DNA of 64,000 nucleotides from Candidatus Poriferihabitaceae bacterium (GTDB lineage Bacteria; Pseudomonadota; Gammaproteobacteria; Arenicellales; Poriferihabitantaceae), in assembly GCA_965221795.1 (NCBI GenBank), contig OZ244914.1, forward strand, positions 2,112,974 through 2,176,973, written 5' to 3'. Shown here piece after piece: positions 18,090 through 28,962 of the stretch. Position 1 is the first letter of the stretch. Every line of letters starts with the position of its first letter. The notes under the pieces were generated by a model. The model made no database searches and was not told where the DNA came from. It was given only the letters and a program-made list of their open reading frames with translations. Both the position numbers and the translations under genes were made by a program.

Positions 18090-19117
18090 CCTAATTACCA
18101 TGAATCATACGCCGCATTTCAGGAGCTTTTCCGACATCGGTGGGGTTCGTAAGGCAACATAAGCAAGTCTGGGGATGAGATCGGGCAGGTGGTATCGGCG
18201 ATTGAAGCGGTATTCGAATTCGGCAAGGTCGCGTTGTGCGTATTTCGGCCGGAAGGAATGATAGCTGCTACGCAAGGCCGACTTCCGGTTGCCGAGCACG
18301 GTATTGACCCCGTAGAACTCCGGCTTTCTACCGCGGCCGACCGCCGCCGCTGACCACGACCGGATGCCGGCATCCAGCCCGGGTGACACCGTCGAAGCCT
18401 TGCAATCCGTCGGAAACCACCTCGCTACCCGCCACCAGGTGTCGACGGGCCCAGTCGGCGAGGTGCGACTGGCGGAAACTCGCGACCACGTTCCGTTTGA
18501 TACGTTGGGGGTGACCCTCTTCGGTGGTCTGCACGGCCGCTACGAATGGGGTTTTGCCTTCCGCTCCACGGCCCCGTTTGCCGCCGCTTCGCTCCCCACC
18601 CAGATACGCATCGTCCCGCTGCACCCGACCGTCCAGACGCTGGTTTCCAGTCCGATCCATCATCCCCTGCATCAGCTAGTGCTGAATCCGCCAGGCGGCA
18701 TGATAGGACCCCCCCAGTTGGCGGTGTCGCGGCATTGCCGAGCCCCCCTTCTGGGTCTGGGTCCGCAGGTAGATGGCCGGAAACCAAAGGGTCAGTGGCA
18801 ACTTGTTGGATTCGAAGATCGTGCCGGCGATGATCGAGGTCTGCCGATGGCACCGATCGCACGGGCGCAGCTTGCGGGTGTTCAGATGGCAACTCTGGTC
18901 GTGGCCGCAGTGCGGGCACATGAAGCCTTTGGGCCAGCGCAGCCGGAACAGGGCCTCGTCACATGGGTCTTCATCTCCGTATAGCTCGAAAAATGCGTTG
19001 AGACGGAGACCTTTCTGGAACGGGACCGGATTGCGCTTCTGGGTATACTCCTTTAAATCAATCTGTTACGAGTGTTCGATGATACCAAAAACCCACTTAT
19101 GATTGATGGTAATTATG
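18090..19117 (-). mobile_element. IS1595-family element, frameshifted transposase
   Basis: TIRs CCTAATTACCATGAATCATA / CATAATTACCATCAATCATA; perfect 8-bp TSD AAAGACTA (18082-89, 19118-25); fragments FQKGL, RWP.GFMCPHC, DDAYLGG, SDGL, LAEFEYRFNRR in different frames. Confidence 0.92.
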
Positions 19118-19619
19118 AAAGACTATGCGGCATTATTTAAGACTCTCTGTATAGCATCGTAGATGCGTGGTATGGTGTACACAACTTCCTGCCACTTCCC
19201 CGTGCCGAGGGAGTGACTGATTTCCAGTGATGAAACGGCTTTCAGAGATTAGCGGGCTCCTCCCTGACGGATGTGGCAAGAGTGGTCATCCCAGTTTCTG
19301 GCGGTCTATGGTCGGCTTCATCATGCGGAGCCTGATTTCGTTGGTAGAATGTGGCAATCGTCGAACGCCGAATCCAAACCAACAAAAACAGAACTGCGAA
19401 AACCCGTTCACATTTACCCCCTAGACTCGAACTCTATCTTTGCAGATACACAAAATGCCGACAGATCCATCTCTCTATAAAGCGGCCTCCGGTCGTACCT
19501 TGACCATGCCCCGGTCCGATGGTCCAGCTTCCTGGAATCGAAAAAAGGTATGGTATGCGGTCCAAAAGGGGCCAATTCTCTCCTATGGTAGTCGCAATGC
19601 GGGTCAGGCCGGTCAATTG

Positions 19620-20855
19620 ATGGCCCTTCTCTGGATGATTCTCGCTCTGTTGACAATCGCGCCCGCACAAGCAAGTGCCGACAATGGTTTTCTCGATTGG
19701 GTGGAAGTCTTCGGACGTATTTCGACCGATGTCTGGCACTATCCCGATAGTGCCGCTTATCCTGATCAGCGCTCCTATCTGGGCGGTCTTGCTCTGGAAA
19801 CTACCGTCTATATGGAACATGAGGATGGTAGGAGTATCACGTTGACGCCTTTTTTTCGATATGACGCCGGAGATCCAGAGCGGACATATGTGGATCTTCA
19901 GGAAGCCTATTTGCTGACATACGGTGATACGACTGACGGGGAATGGGAAGTACGGTTGGGTTTCGACCGAGTGTTTTGGGGAGTTGTGGAGTCACGTCCT
20001 CTGGTGAATATCGTCAACCAGACCAATCCCGTTGAACATCCGAACGAACAGAGCAAGCTGGGTCAACCGATGCTACACTACACCTTGTCGTCTGGATGGG
20101 GCATACTGGAGTTTTTCGGTATCACGTGGCATCGCGAGCGCCTCTACCCGGGCCGGCATGGACGTCAGCGCACCGGACTGATAGTGACCCCGGAACTGAC
20201 TTCCTATGAATCGGCTGCAAAAGAGTGGCATTTAGATTTTGCCAGCCGTTACAGTCACCGACTCGGTCCACTGGATATTGGAATCAGTCTGTTCGATGGC
20301 ACGAATCGCGAGCCCACACTTTTGCCGGTAACGTCTGGCTCCCAGCTGGTCCTAGCGCCACACTACGAGCAGGTTCGCCAATATGGACTGGATGCTCAAC
20401 TCACTACCGGTGCCCTGCTTCTCAAACTGGAAACCATCCATCGGGCTGGCGCGAGGAATGCCCGTTTGCAAGAGGACGATTACATGGCTTTTGTCATTGG
20501 AGGTGAATACACGATCAATTCCGTGTGGGATTCGAAGGCTGATCTGGGCCTGTTTGTCGAATGGGCGTATGACGACCGGGGGCAGTGGGCCACCAACGCC
20601 TTTGAAAATGATCTGTTCCTTGCTGCACATCTCGGGTTGAACGATGTATCCAGCACCGAATTCGTTGTCAGCCTACTGGCTTCCCGGGATAATAGTAGTC
20701 ATATTCTCGGCGTAGAATTTAGTCGTCGACTCTCGGACCAATGGTACCTGAACACCGAGGTTTCCCGATATCTGGAAATTGATGATGCGGTGGATGTTCT
20801 GTATCCAGTACGTCGCGACAGTTATGTCAGAGTGAACCTGGACTACAATTTCTGA
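19620..20855 (+). CDS. Putative outer-membrane beta-barrel protein
   Basis: Signal peptide MALLWMILALLTIAPAQA; alternating beta-strand pattern, FWGVVES motif, C-terminal ..NLDYNF; start 19620 preferred over 19440. Confidence 0.65.
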   Translation: MALLWMILALLTIAPAQASADNGFLDWVEVFGRISTDVWHYPDSAAYPDQRSYLGGLALETTVYMEHEDGRSITLTPFFRYDAGDPERTYVDLQEAYLLTYGDTTDGEWEVRLGFDRVFWGVVESRPLVNIVNQTNPVEHPNEQSKLGQPMLHYTLSSGWGILEFFGITWHRERLYPGRHGRQRTGLIVTPELTSYESAAKEWHLDFASRYSHRLGPLDIGISLFDGTNREPTLLPVTSGSQLVLAPHYEQVRQYGLDAQLTTGALLLKLETIHRAGARNARLQEDDYMAFVIGGEYTINSVWDSKADLGLFVEWAYDDRGQWATNAFENDLFLAAHLGLNDVSSTEFVVSLLASRDNSSHILGVEFSRRLSDQWYLNTEVSRYLEIDDAVDVLYPVRRDSYVRVNLDYNF

Positions 20856-21395
20856 ACAATCAGATGAAAGCCACCATTGACCAAGGGAATGCTTCTGGAC
20901 TACTGACCTAAAATTGGGAGGAGGGAAAGTCTGTGTATTGTTACTTCCCGCGGAAGAAACGAAAAAAGACATAGGAAGATTATGAATATCTCTCAGTGCT
21001 ATCAGATGGGCGATGCTGGATCACGAAAGAGCACTAACTGTTCTCGGACAGGCCGCGAAGGTCATGACTGGAATCGGACAAGCCATAGGTGGAAAGAAAT
21101 CTGTAGCCGAAGAGTGATACCCCCCCTGTCAATGACTTCCCAGGCATCCTCTAGTAATTTCTATCGATGCAGAACTCCCTTCCCGATTTCGGCCAGACTG
21201 CCGAATCGATATGGAGGAATGGCGGGCATGGCACGGTTCCTTCAGGGTATGAGATCATTAGGGACTATTGGGTAGTATCATGGATAGTGGTCAGTGCGAG
21301 AATGCCCGTGCATTTAAGAACACGATTGCAATATCTATTCGGCCTTCCGCAGAAATACCTCGACAGTCTTCAGTTTATCTGCAAAGGTGGTGGTG

Positions 21396-22418
21396 ATGGG
21401 TCAAGCCGCCTCCTGTAACCCGGTTCTCTCCATCGTATTGCGTGGGGGCGAAGTGGAATCCATGCATCGGGGCAGCGCGATTGTACGAGACATTCGGGGC
21501 CGTACGGTATTGGCCGTCGGCAACGTCTGTCGGAGTGTTTTCCCTCGATCATCCTACAAATTTATTCAGGCTATTCCATTGGTGGAATCCGGTGCGGCCG
21601 ATACCTTTGGATTGGGACCGGATCTAGTGGCACTGGCATGTGCATCCCACAACGCCGAACCGATGCACGTGCAAAGAGTGGAGCAGTGGTTGCAACGACT
21701 CGGACTTACGGACGATGACCTGGAATGTGGTTCGGCCCGACCCGGTGACCGTGCATCGGATGATTCGTTGGTCAGGACGGATACTTGCCCCGGACGAAAA
21801 CACCACAATTGTTCCGGCAAACATATGGGGATGTTAACGTTGGCCCGGCATTTGGGAGAGCCGACAAGGGGGTACAGTAATTACAATCATCCGGTCCAAC
21901 AGGCTTGGTTGGCCGTGATGCGAGACCTCACACAGGTGAATATTGACAGTCTGGTATGGGAGCGGGATGGTTGTGGATTACCAGCTCTCTGCATACCGAT
22001 GGAGGCCTTGGCTCATGCTTTTGCCCGCTATGCCCTGCCTGATGGTGGTACCAAGATACGTTCTACGGCCATGACCCGAATTCTTGACGCGGTCCGCCTG
22101 CATCCCGAAATGATTGCCGGCAGTGGACGTTGTTGCACAGCGGTAATCCGGGAAACCCAAGGAAGAATCCTGGTGAAGACAGGAGCCGAGGGAATGTTTT
22201 GCGGATCGATTCCGGATCGGGGTCTAGGCTTCGTTCTCAAAATTGATGATGGTGCCCAGCGTGGGAGCGAAGTTGCTCTGGGCGGATTGCTGGCCAAACT
22301 GGAACTACTGGACGACCAGAAAACTCGGGCTCTTTCGCCCTGGTTCCGACCGGACATTACCAACAGTCAGGGGCAAGTAACCGGACGCATGGGGCCGGGG
22401 AGTGGTTGGTCAGCATAA
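21396..22418 (+). CDS. L-asparaginase II (Rhizobium etli type)
   Basis: RSS.K..QA, CASH..EP.H, HNCSGKH, KTGAEG motifs. Confidence 0.9.
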   Translation: MGQAASCNPVLSIVLRGGEVESMHRGSAIVRDIRGRTVLAVGNVCRSVFPRSSYKFIQAIPLVESGAADTFGLGPDLVALACASHNAEPMHVQRVEQWLQRLGLTDDDLECGSARPGDRASDDSLVRTDTCPGRKHHNCSGKHMGMLTLARHLGEPTRGYSNYNHPVQQAWLAVMRDLTQVNIDSLVWERDGCGLPALCIPMEALAHAFARYALPDGGTKIRSTAMTRILDAVRLHPEMIAGSGRCCTAVIRETQGRILVKTGAEGMFCGSIPDRGLGFVLKIDDGAQRGSEVALGGLLAKLELLDDQKTRALSPWFRPDITNSQGQVTGRMGPGSGWSA

Positions 22419-22433
22419 GGTTTCCCCTCCGGG

Positions 22434-23105
22434 CTATGTCCAAGCAAACCGGGGTTGCTCGAAATGCGCTACACGGGTACTCCGCCCAAGCAGTGCGACC
22501 TCACGAAATTGATAACAGATGGCGGCACTGGGGGCAGCAATCCATTCATCCCCCAGCGGCATCTTGAGTATCGGATGGTCACTTTCTGGAATGAATTCCA
22601 GTATCGGTGCGTCATCCCGTAACAGCTCCGCCACTGGCACTCGGTGTATCTGGGCCACTTCATCTGGATTGGGGATCAGAATCGCATCCTGCCCGCCCCA
22701 TATCACCACTGGTGAAATGATATAGCCGGACCGGGTTGCATAGTCGTCGAGCAGACCCAGCACGCTGTCTCGCCTGAGGCTCAGTCCGACTTCTTCTTGC
22801 AATTCTCGGAGAGCAGCCTCGACCGTATCTTCCCCCGGGTCCACACGACCACCGGGATAGGCCCGTTGTCCGGCATGGCTGGACAGGCGGGTAGCACGGA
22901 TGGTCAGTATGAAGGCAGCCTGATCCCTGCAGTTACGCTCGAACGGGATATTTCCGATTCCCGCCGCGATGACCTGGTTGGTCAGAGTAAACGCAACGGC
23001 TGCATGCTTGTGACCCTTATGGGACAGTCGTTTGATATGAAATTCCGCCAAGTTTGCACGGACCCGTTCACGGAGCTTCTGGTCAAAAGGTACGATTTGT
23101 CGCAT
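22434..23105 (-). CDS. Nudix CoA pyrophosphatase (NudL-like)
   Basis: LTIRA..L..HAGQ.AYPGG; Nudix box EAALRELQEEVG. Confidence 0.88.
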   Translation of the reverse strand: MRQIVPFDQKLRERVRANLAEFHIKRLSHKGHKHAAVAFTLTNQVIAAGIGNIPFERNCRDQAAFILTIRATRLSSHAGQRAYPGGRVDPGEDTVEAALRELQEEVGLSLRRDSVLGLLDDYATRSGYIISPVVIWGGQDAILIPNPDEVAQIHRVPVAELLRDDAPILEFIPESDHPILKMPLGDEWIAAPSAAICYQFREVALLGRSTRVAHFEQPRFAWT

Positions 23106-23118
23106 TGGCCGGAGGTCG

Positions 23119-24129
23119 TCAGCGGGAGAAAAAGTCCCGGATCAATGCGGCTGCACGGTCCACCTGCTCTGCCTGGATATCCTTGTGAATCACCAGTCGA
23201 TATCGGTTGCCACCGCCGAACCACAGTCCACGCTCTTGACACCATGCTTCGAACTCTTCTCTCTGGCTGTTGTGACAAATCAGAAAAACCATGTTGGTGT
23301 GGGCAACATGGTCTTCTACTTGCAGCCCATCAATACCCTGTAATTGCTCTACCAGCCTATTGGCCAGTGCATGATCATCGGCCAGCCGGTCCACATTATG
23401 GTCCAAGGCGTATTCTCCCGCTGCTGCGAGAACCCCGGCCTGGCGCATCCCGCCCCCCACCATTTTGCGCCAGCGTCGGGCACAGTCAATCCAGTCTTTG
23501 GGGCCCAGCAATACAGAGCCAGCCGGAGCCCCAAGACCTTTGGACAGGCAAATGGAAACGGAGTCGAAATGCCGTGTGATCTCGGCAAGGGAAAGGCCTT
23601 GTCCCACGGCGGCATTGAAGACTCTCGCTCCATCCAGATGAAGACGGAGATTGTGTTCATGGGTGAATGCGCGGGCCGCCTTGATGTAGCTCTGAGGGAG
23701 GATTCGTCCCCCTATCGTGTTTTCCAGTGCCAGCAGTCGGGTGATGGCGAAATGGAAGTCGTTTTCCTTGATTGCAGCCCGAACCCTATCAAGCGGAAGC
23801 GTGCCGTCTGGAGCGCATTCGAGGGGTTGGGGCTGTATACTGCCCAACACGGCCGCTCCACCCCCTTCATACTTGTAGGCATGTGCCTGCTGGCCAACGA
23901 TGTATTCATCCCCGCGTCGACAATGGCTAAGTAGTGCCACCAGATTGCTTTGGGTTCCGCTGGGAAAAAACAGCCCGGCCTCATGGCCCGCCATCTCCGC
24001 CAACCGGTGCTGTAGGCGGTTCACCGTCGGGTCCTCTTGGTAGACGTCGTCGCCCATTTTCGCATTGGCCATGGCACGACGCATGCCGGCACAAGGCAAG
24101 GTAACGGTGTCGCTGCGAAGATCAATCAT
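23119..24129 (-). CDS. ltaE: Low-specificity L-threonine aldolase
   Basis: MIDLRSDTVT, GDDVY.EDPTV, PSGTQSNL, LHLDGAR.FNA, CLSKGLGAP.GS, GGGMRQAG. Confidence 0.95.
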   Translation of the reverse strand: MIDLRSDTVTLPCAGMRRAMANAKMGDDVYQEDPTVNRLQHRLAEMAGHEAGLFFPSGTQSNLVALLSHCRRGDEYIVGQQAHAYKYEGGGAAVLGSIQPQPLECAPDGTLPLDRVRAAIKENDFHFAITRLLALENTIGGRILPQSYIKAARAFTHEHNLRLHLDGARVFNAAVGQGLSLAEITRHFDSVSICLSKGLGAPAGSVLLGPKDWIDCARRWRKMVGGGMRQAGVLAAAGEYALDHNVDRLADDHALANRLVEQLQGIDGLQVEDHVAHTNMVFLICHNSQREEFEAWCQERGLWFGGGNRYRLVIHKDIQAEQVDRAAALIRDFFSR

Positions 24130-24246
24130 GGATGCGTTCAATTCGGGAACTCGAGAACAGGACAATCAACCGGGGCGGAATAAATATTGATACTTGTCTG
24201 GCTTTATGCTGCTTGCGCTCTTCCCAGCCTCGCAGGTTTTCTAGTT

Positions 24247-25601
24247 CCCCTTTTCCAGTGTGAAGTGCAACACCCTGTAAGCCGCTGGCTGGTGAGCGGA
24301 CAAGCCGCTTGCAGTGGGCCAGAGGATGGCCAACCATCTCGGTTTCTCACCAACGGAGGATTGCCATGCCCGTAGGTTACCACCCCCTGACCCATGCCGA
24401 ACGATGCCAGATTCACGCCCGGTTGTATAGGGGGTGGTCGAAACGGGAGATGGCCCGCGACTTCGGACGGGATCCCGCGACGATCTCGCGCGAGACCTCG
24501 CGCCACCGTGGCCAACGCGGCGACCGTCACCTGCAGGCCGACCGCCAGGCCACGGCCCGGTGCCAGGAAGCGTCGGCGGTGCCCCGGAAGAGGACCCCCG
24601 AGCGCTGGGCAGCGGTCGAGGACCGGCTGCAGGAAGGCGGGAGCCCGGAACCGATCGCGGGCCGGTACCGGCAGCAGGGCGAAGGGATGGCGGGCCAGGA
24701 GTGGATCTACCCGCAGGTGCGGGCCGACCGGCAGGCCGGAGGGGCGCGGTACCGGTGCCGGCGACGTCGGGGCAAGAAGCCGAACGGGCGCGGGGGGCGT
24801 CCTGCGGGTCGTAGGCACATTCCCGATCGGGTCGACCTTGCGGAGCGGCCTTCGGTGGTGGCGGAGAAGAGCCGGATCGGAGACTGGGAGCTGGATACGA
24901 TCATTGGCGCGAGACCCCGGGGGCGCTGGTATCGGCGGTGGACCGGGGCTCGAAGTTCCTCTTCCTGGAGTGGGTGGAGGGCAAGACGGCCGCCGCCGTG
25001 ACCGCGGCGCTCACCCGGCGTATGAGGCCGGTTCGGGACCGGGTTCACACCGGCACGGCAGATAACGGCAAGGAGTTCGCGAGGCATCGGGAAATCGCAC
25101 AGAAGCTCGATGCGGGCTTTTACTTCGCCACCCCCTACCATTCCTGGGAACGGGGCCGGAACGAGCACACCAACGGCCGGGTGCGCCACTACTTCCCGAA
25201 GGGCACCGACTTCCGCCAGGTGACTCCAGCCCAAGTGCAGGCAGTGGAGGACCGGCTCCACCGTCGGCTTCGTAAGGTCCTGGGATACCGCACCCCGACG
25301 GAGGTCTTTGCCCGTGGGTTGGTTCCCCCCTGACGCGGCCCACGGTCGCCCCTCGACCCCGGCACTCCGGTCCCTCTGGTGATCCACCGGAGCGGCTTCG
25401 CTCGGCCTCCCGGTCCGGAGCTCGCCCTTGCATTGGCCGATGGCTTCTGTCAGGATCGCTGGTAGTCGAGATGGCTGCCATCCGGGGCCGAAAAGAAGTG
25501 CTCGAAGCGCGAATTTTTGGGTCGCCGCCGCGATCCCTCCCTTCGGGCTACGCCCTCATTCCGGGATCGCGGCGCGGTTGCACTTCGGACTGGCCCCGGG
25601 G
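24247..25601 (+). mobile_element. IS30-family element copy 2, frameshifted transposase
   Basis: Same TIRs (CCCCTTTTCCAGTGTGAAGTGCAAC ... GTTGCACTTCGGACTGGCCCCGGGG); transposase in two frames (to 25001 and 24938-25333: GDWELDT, DNGKEF, PYHSWERG); flanks GTT/GAG, no TSD. Confidence 0.9.
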
Positions 25602-25664
25602 GAGGAAAAGCGGTTATCGGAATTCTCCGAAGATTTTCAACCGTATGAAGAACAGAGGTAGCTT

Positions 25665-26450
25665 TTGAGCAGAGAATTGGGGCACAGCCCGTGGGATGGA
25701 CTGCTGGACGAGTTGGACCAGTGGAACTTTGAAGGCGAGGAGGCGACCTTCTGGTGGCGGGATGATGATGCGGTTCGCCCACATCCCCTGCTGGACAGAT
25801 TACTGGACCTCCTTGAGCATTGGGGTGTCCCCGTTTCATTGGCAGTGATCCCAGGGAATTTGGAAGAAGTGTGGGCCGATACCCTAGACCGTTACCGGGG
25901 CATTGCGGTGCTGCAGCATGGCATTTGCCACCAGAATCATGCTGAAGCCCACCAGAAGAAACAGGAGTTGGTAGCACACCGGTCATATCCTTGGCAGGAA
26001 GAACTGGTAGTGGGACGAAGAACCATTGAGCATGTTTTCGGCAGCCGGAGCCTGCCAGTGCTGGTCCCCCCCTGGAATCGGATCGACGACACCCTGCTGC
26101 CTGCCTTGGGCTCACTGGGGTACCGCGGGCTCTCCGGTTTTGGTCCCCGAACGGCACCCAGTGTGGGGGAGCACCTGTGGATCATCAACACGCATGTGGA
26201 CTTGGTTCAATGGAAGCAGGGACGAACATTCGTTGGCGAGCAGGCGGTGATCGAACAGCTGGTGTCGCATTTGTCGGCCAAGCGTCAAGGGATGGCAGAC
26301 CGGGCTGAACCGACCGGAATCCTGTCCCACCATCAAGTCATGGACGAGTCCTGCCTCGCATTCCTCCCACGCATGTTGGAGGTCTTGGATCATCACCCGG
26401 CGGCCACCTGGTTGCCGGCGGAGCGGGTCTTTCAGTTGCCCTGGAGATAA
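25665..26450 (+). CDS. Polysaccharide deacetylase family protein
   Basis: WWRDDD, LQHG..H.NH, VPPWNRI motifs; TTG start. Confidence 0.8.
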   Translation: MSRELGHSPWDGLLDELDQWNFEGEEATFWWRDDDAVRPHPLLDRLLDLLEHWGVPVSLAVIPGNLEEVWADTLDRYRGIAVLQHGICHQNHAEAHQKKQELVAHRSYPWQEELVVGRRTIEHVFGSRSLPVLVPPWNRIDDTLLPALGSLGYRGLSGFGPRTAPSVGEHLWIINTHVDLVQWKQGRTFVGEQAVIEQLVSHLSAKRQGMADRAEPTGILSHHQVMDESCLAFLPRMLEVLDHHPAATWLPAERVFQLPWR

Positions 26451-26463
26451 TGCGAGGAATAAA

Positions 26464-27645
26464 TCATAGAGCCAGCGGAAGGAGGTGAGCCCGTAAGGTG
26501 TGAGCGGCTTGCTGGATCTGGTGGTGCTGTATATAACGTCGGATCGATTCGGCCGACATATGGGCCAGTGTTCCAGGGCGTTGTAGCAGGGACTCGATGG
26601 TTTCTACAAAACGATTCACCGAATCCATGTCGGCCGGATGGTCCACCAAAAGACCGGTCTGTCCATGATAGACCACTTGCCCGATGCCGCCGGATCGACC
26701 GCAGATCACCGGTAACCCCATAGCCAGTGCTTCTAGGGCTACCATCCCGATGGCCTCTCGGATGGCTGGCCAGAGGAGGAGATCGGAAACGGACATAAGC
26801 CGTAGCACAAAATCCCGCTCACGTCGCCCGAGGAAATGGACCCTATGATCCGGGAGCGATCGGAAACCGTCCCGTACTTGCCATTCGGCTGCACCGTCTC
26901 CCACCACTAATAACCGCCAATCTTTTCGTTGCATCCGGTCCATCACTTGTGCTAATTGGGCATAGGATGCGAGCTTTGCATCCTCCCGCATCATGGCCAC
27001 GCTCAGCAACCAGTACCGATCCGGATTGATGCAAAGGCGGGATGCGATCTCCTGACGGTGGAGGTTTCGTTTTTCCGGGTCCGGAGGTACCGCATCCAGA
27101 AACGGGGTCAGCGAAACGATTCGGTCACTTGCGCCACAAGTCTCAGCAAGGGCTATGAGGTCACGAGGGTTCAAGTTGAAGATTTTGCGGGCCCTCCGGA
27201 TCGCATTCAGGGATGCCTGATACCCGGATTGCCAAGGCCCGGAAGATTGATGGGGAGAAACCGATGCCTCTGCGCAAACATATGGAATGTCCAGTTCCTT
27301 GCAAACCCGGGGTCCGATCCAGTCCGGTGATTTGTGATAGAGGTGATAGCTGAACCAGACAACGGGTCGGTTCTGGGCAGGAAGGGGGTAGTATTGCTGG
27401 AGCAGTGCCGACACTGCCCTTTGCGCCTCCGCACGGATGGCTTCTTGGGCTCGGAGGTCGCCATGTCCCTCCCAACTGCGAAAGTCGCTGGCGATTTCCA
27501 CATCAAACCCTGCTGCGGTCAGTGCCTTTACGAACAAAGTGCCGATCGTCCGATCGCCAGAAGGGTGTCGAGATCGAGGGGATTTCATTGGCGCATAAAA
27601 CGCCAGTTTCCGTCGGTTTGCCACGAGAACGCGATCAGTATCCAT
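26464..27645 (-). CDS. Glycosyltransferase family 4
   Basis: FYAPMKSP...PSGDR N-terminus; WPAIREAIGMVALEALAMGLPVI GT4 motif. Confidence 0.88.
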   Translation of the reverse strand: MDTDRVLVANRRKLAFYAPMKSPRSRHPSGDRTIGTLFVKALTAAGFDVEIASDFRSWEGHGDLRAQEAIRAEAQRAVSALLQQYYPLPAQNRPVVWFSYHLYHKSPDWIGPRVCKELDIPYVCAEASVSPHQSSGPWQSGYQASLNAIRRARKIFNLNPRDLIALAETCGASDRIVSLTPFLDAVPPDPEKRNLHRQEIASRLCINPDRYWLLSVAMMREDAKLASYAQLAQVMDRMQRKDWRLLVVGDGAAEWQVRDGFRSLPDHRVHFLGRRERDFVLRLMSVSDLLLWPAIREAIGMVALEALAMGLPVICGRSGGIGQVVYHGQTGLLVDHPADMDSVNRFVETIESLLQRPGTLAHMSAESIRRYIQHHQIQQAAHTLRAHLLPLAL

Positions 27646-27777
27646 CGGGAAGGTGTAGGGCAAGCAATATGACCAGACGAGAGGTGAAGGGGTTACCCCA
27701 CATTCCAAACAGGTTGATAGGAATTATACAACCGGTCAAGCAAGAGCTATATCCACCCATATGGACCATCTTGCAAC

Positions 27778-28962
27778 TTATGCATAGGCCACTAACCAAT
27801 GGGCAGCCAAATACAGGCTCAGGCCGATTCCGGCAAGGCAAGCGAGCAACGGCAATACCAACGGGTAGCCACCAAATTGCCAAACCAATGAGCCGAGAAA
27901 AGGGGCCGAGGCTCTCCCGCACAAGTAGAGAAAGGCGAGTCCACCGGACTTGGCGCCAAAGCCTGATTCACCCATCAGATCCCGCGTAATGAGTGGTCGT
28001 ATGATGCTGACAATACCATAACTGCTTCCGAAGCAGATCACGAACAGCACCAGTCTTACCGGATGATGATCAGCCCACATAAGCATGACGACAGATAACC
28101 CCATGAAAGCAAACGTGGCCATGGAAATCCGATGATTGGAGGCATATCGCCCAACCGCAACCATGATCAGCCGGCCCACGACCTGCATCGGACCGATCAG
28201 GGATACCACGAGTATCGCTAGTTCGGGAGTTACGCCACGTCCATGGAGCATCGGCAGCAAGTGGTGCAAGATCACTCCATGTAAGATTGCCAACAGGGCA
28301 AAGCTGACACCGAGCAACCAGAACACGGGACTGCCAATTTGATGCCGGGTTTCTTCCCGCTTCTGTATTACTTCCCTGAAGCCGGTGACCGTGCTTGAAC
28401 GGGCTTCGAGTATTCGTGCCCCATACCAGAGGGCCGGTGCCCCGACCAATGCAACTGCCCCCGCCATGACGCGCAGGGTGTGGCGCCAACCAAAATACTC
28501 CGCCAGCAGATGAGCAGATGGAAAGCTGACACTGCCAGCGAATCCGGCAATCAGGGTAATCAGGATGATGGCCTGTCTTGCCCGAGGTCCCCGGGAACGG
28601 GTGACGATCGCAAAACAAGGTTCATAGAGACAACCGGCGAAACTGACCCCAAGGATCGACCACAAGATCAGAAACTGCCACAGATGTTGCACAAAAGAGC
28701 AGGCAAACAGGGCCGCACAGCCAAGCAGCGTACCACCAATGATCAATTGTGGCCCCTGACCACGGTCAATCATACGTCCGGCGGGCCAAGCAGCAACTGC
28801 AGAAATCAGCACGGACAGAGTGATGCCGGACGTCAGTTCGGCTTTGGACCAGCCGAGGCTTTGCTCCCAATGAATCAAAAGCGCCGGGAAAATATAATAC
28901 AGTCCAGCCCATGTGAAGACTAGGCCGACCGACATGCAGAGGATTGCCTTATCCGGCTTCAT
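27778..28962 (-). CDS. MFS transporter
   Basis: About 12 hydrophobic segments; motif-A-like GRMIDRG.G; TLIAGFAG..SFP. Confidence 0.85.
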   Translation of the reverse strand: MKPDKAILCMSVGLVFTWAGLYYIFPALLIHWEQSLGWSKAELTSGITLSVLISAVAAWPAGRMIDRGQGPQLIIGGTLLGCAALFACSFVQHLWQFLILWSILGVSFAGCLYEPCFAIVTRSRGPRARQAIILITLIAGFAGSVSFPSAHLLAEYFGWRHTLRVMAGAVALVGAPALWYGARILEARSSTVTGFREVIQKREETRHQIGSPVFWLLGVSFALLAILHGVILHHLLPMLHGRGVTPELAILVVSLIGPMQVVGRLIMVAVGRYASNHRISMATFAFMGLSVVMLMWADHHPVRLVLFVICFGSSYGIVSIIRPLITRDLMGESGFGAKSGGLAFLYLCGRASAPFLGSLVWQFGGYPLVLPLLACLAGIGLSLYLAAHWLVAYA

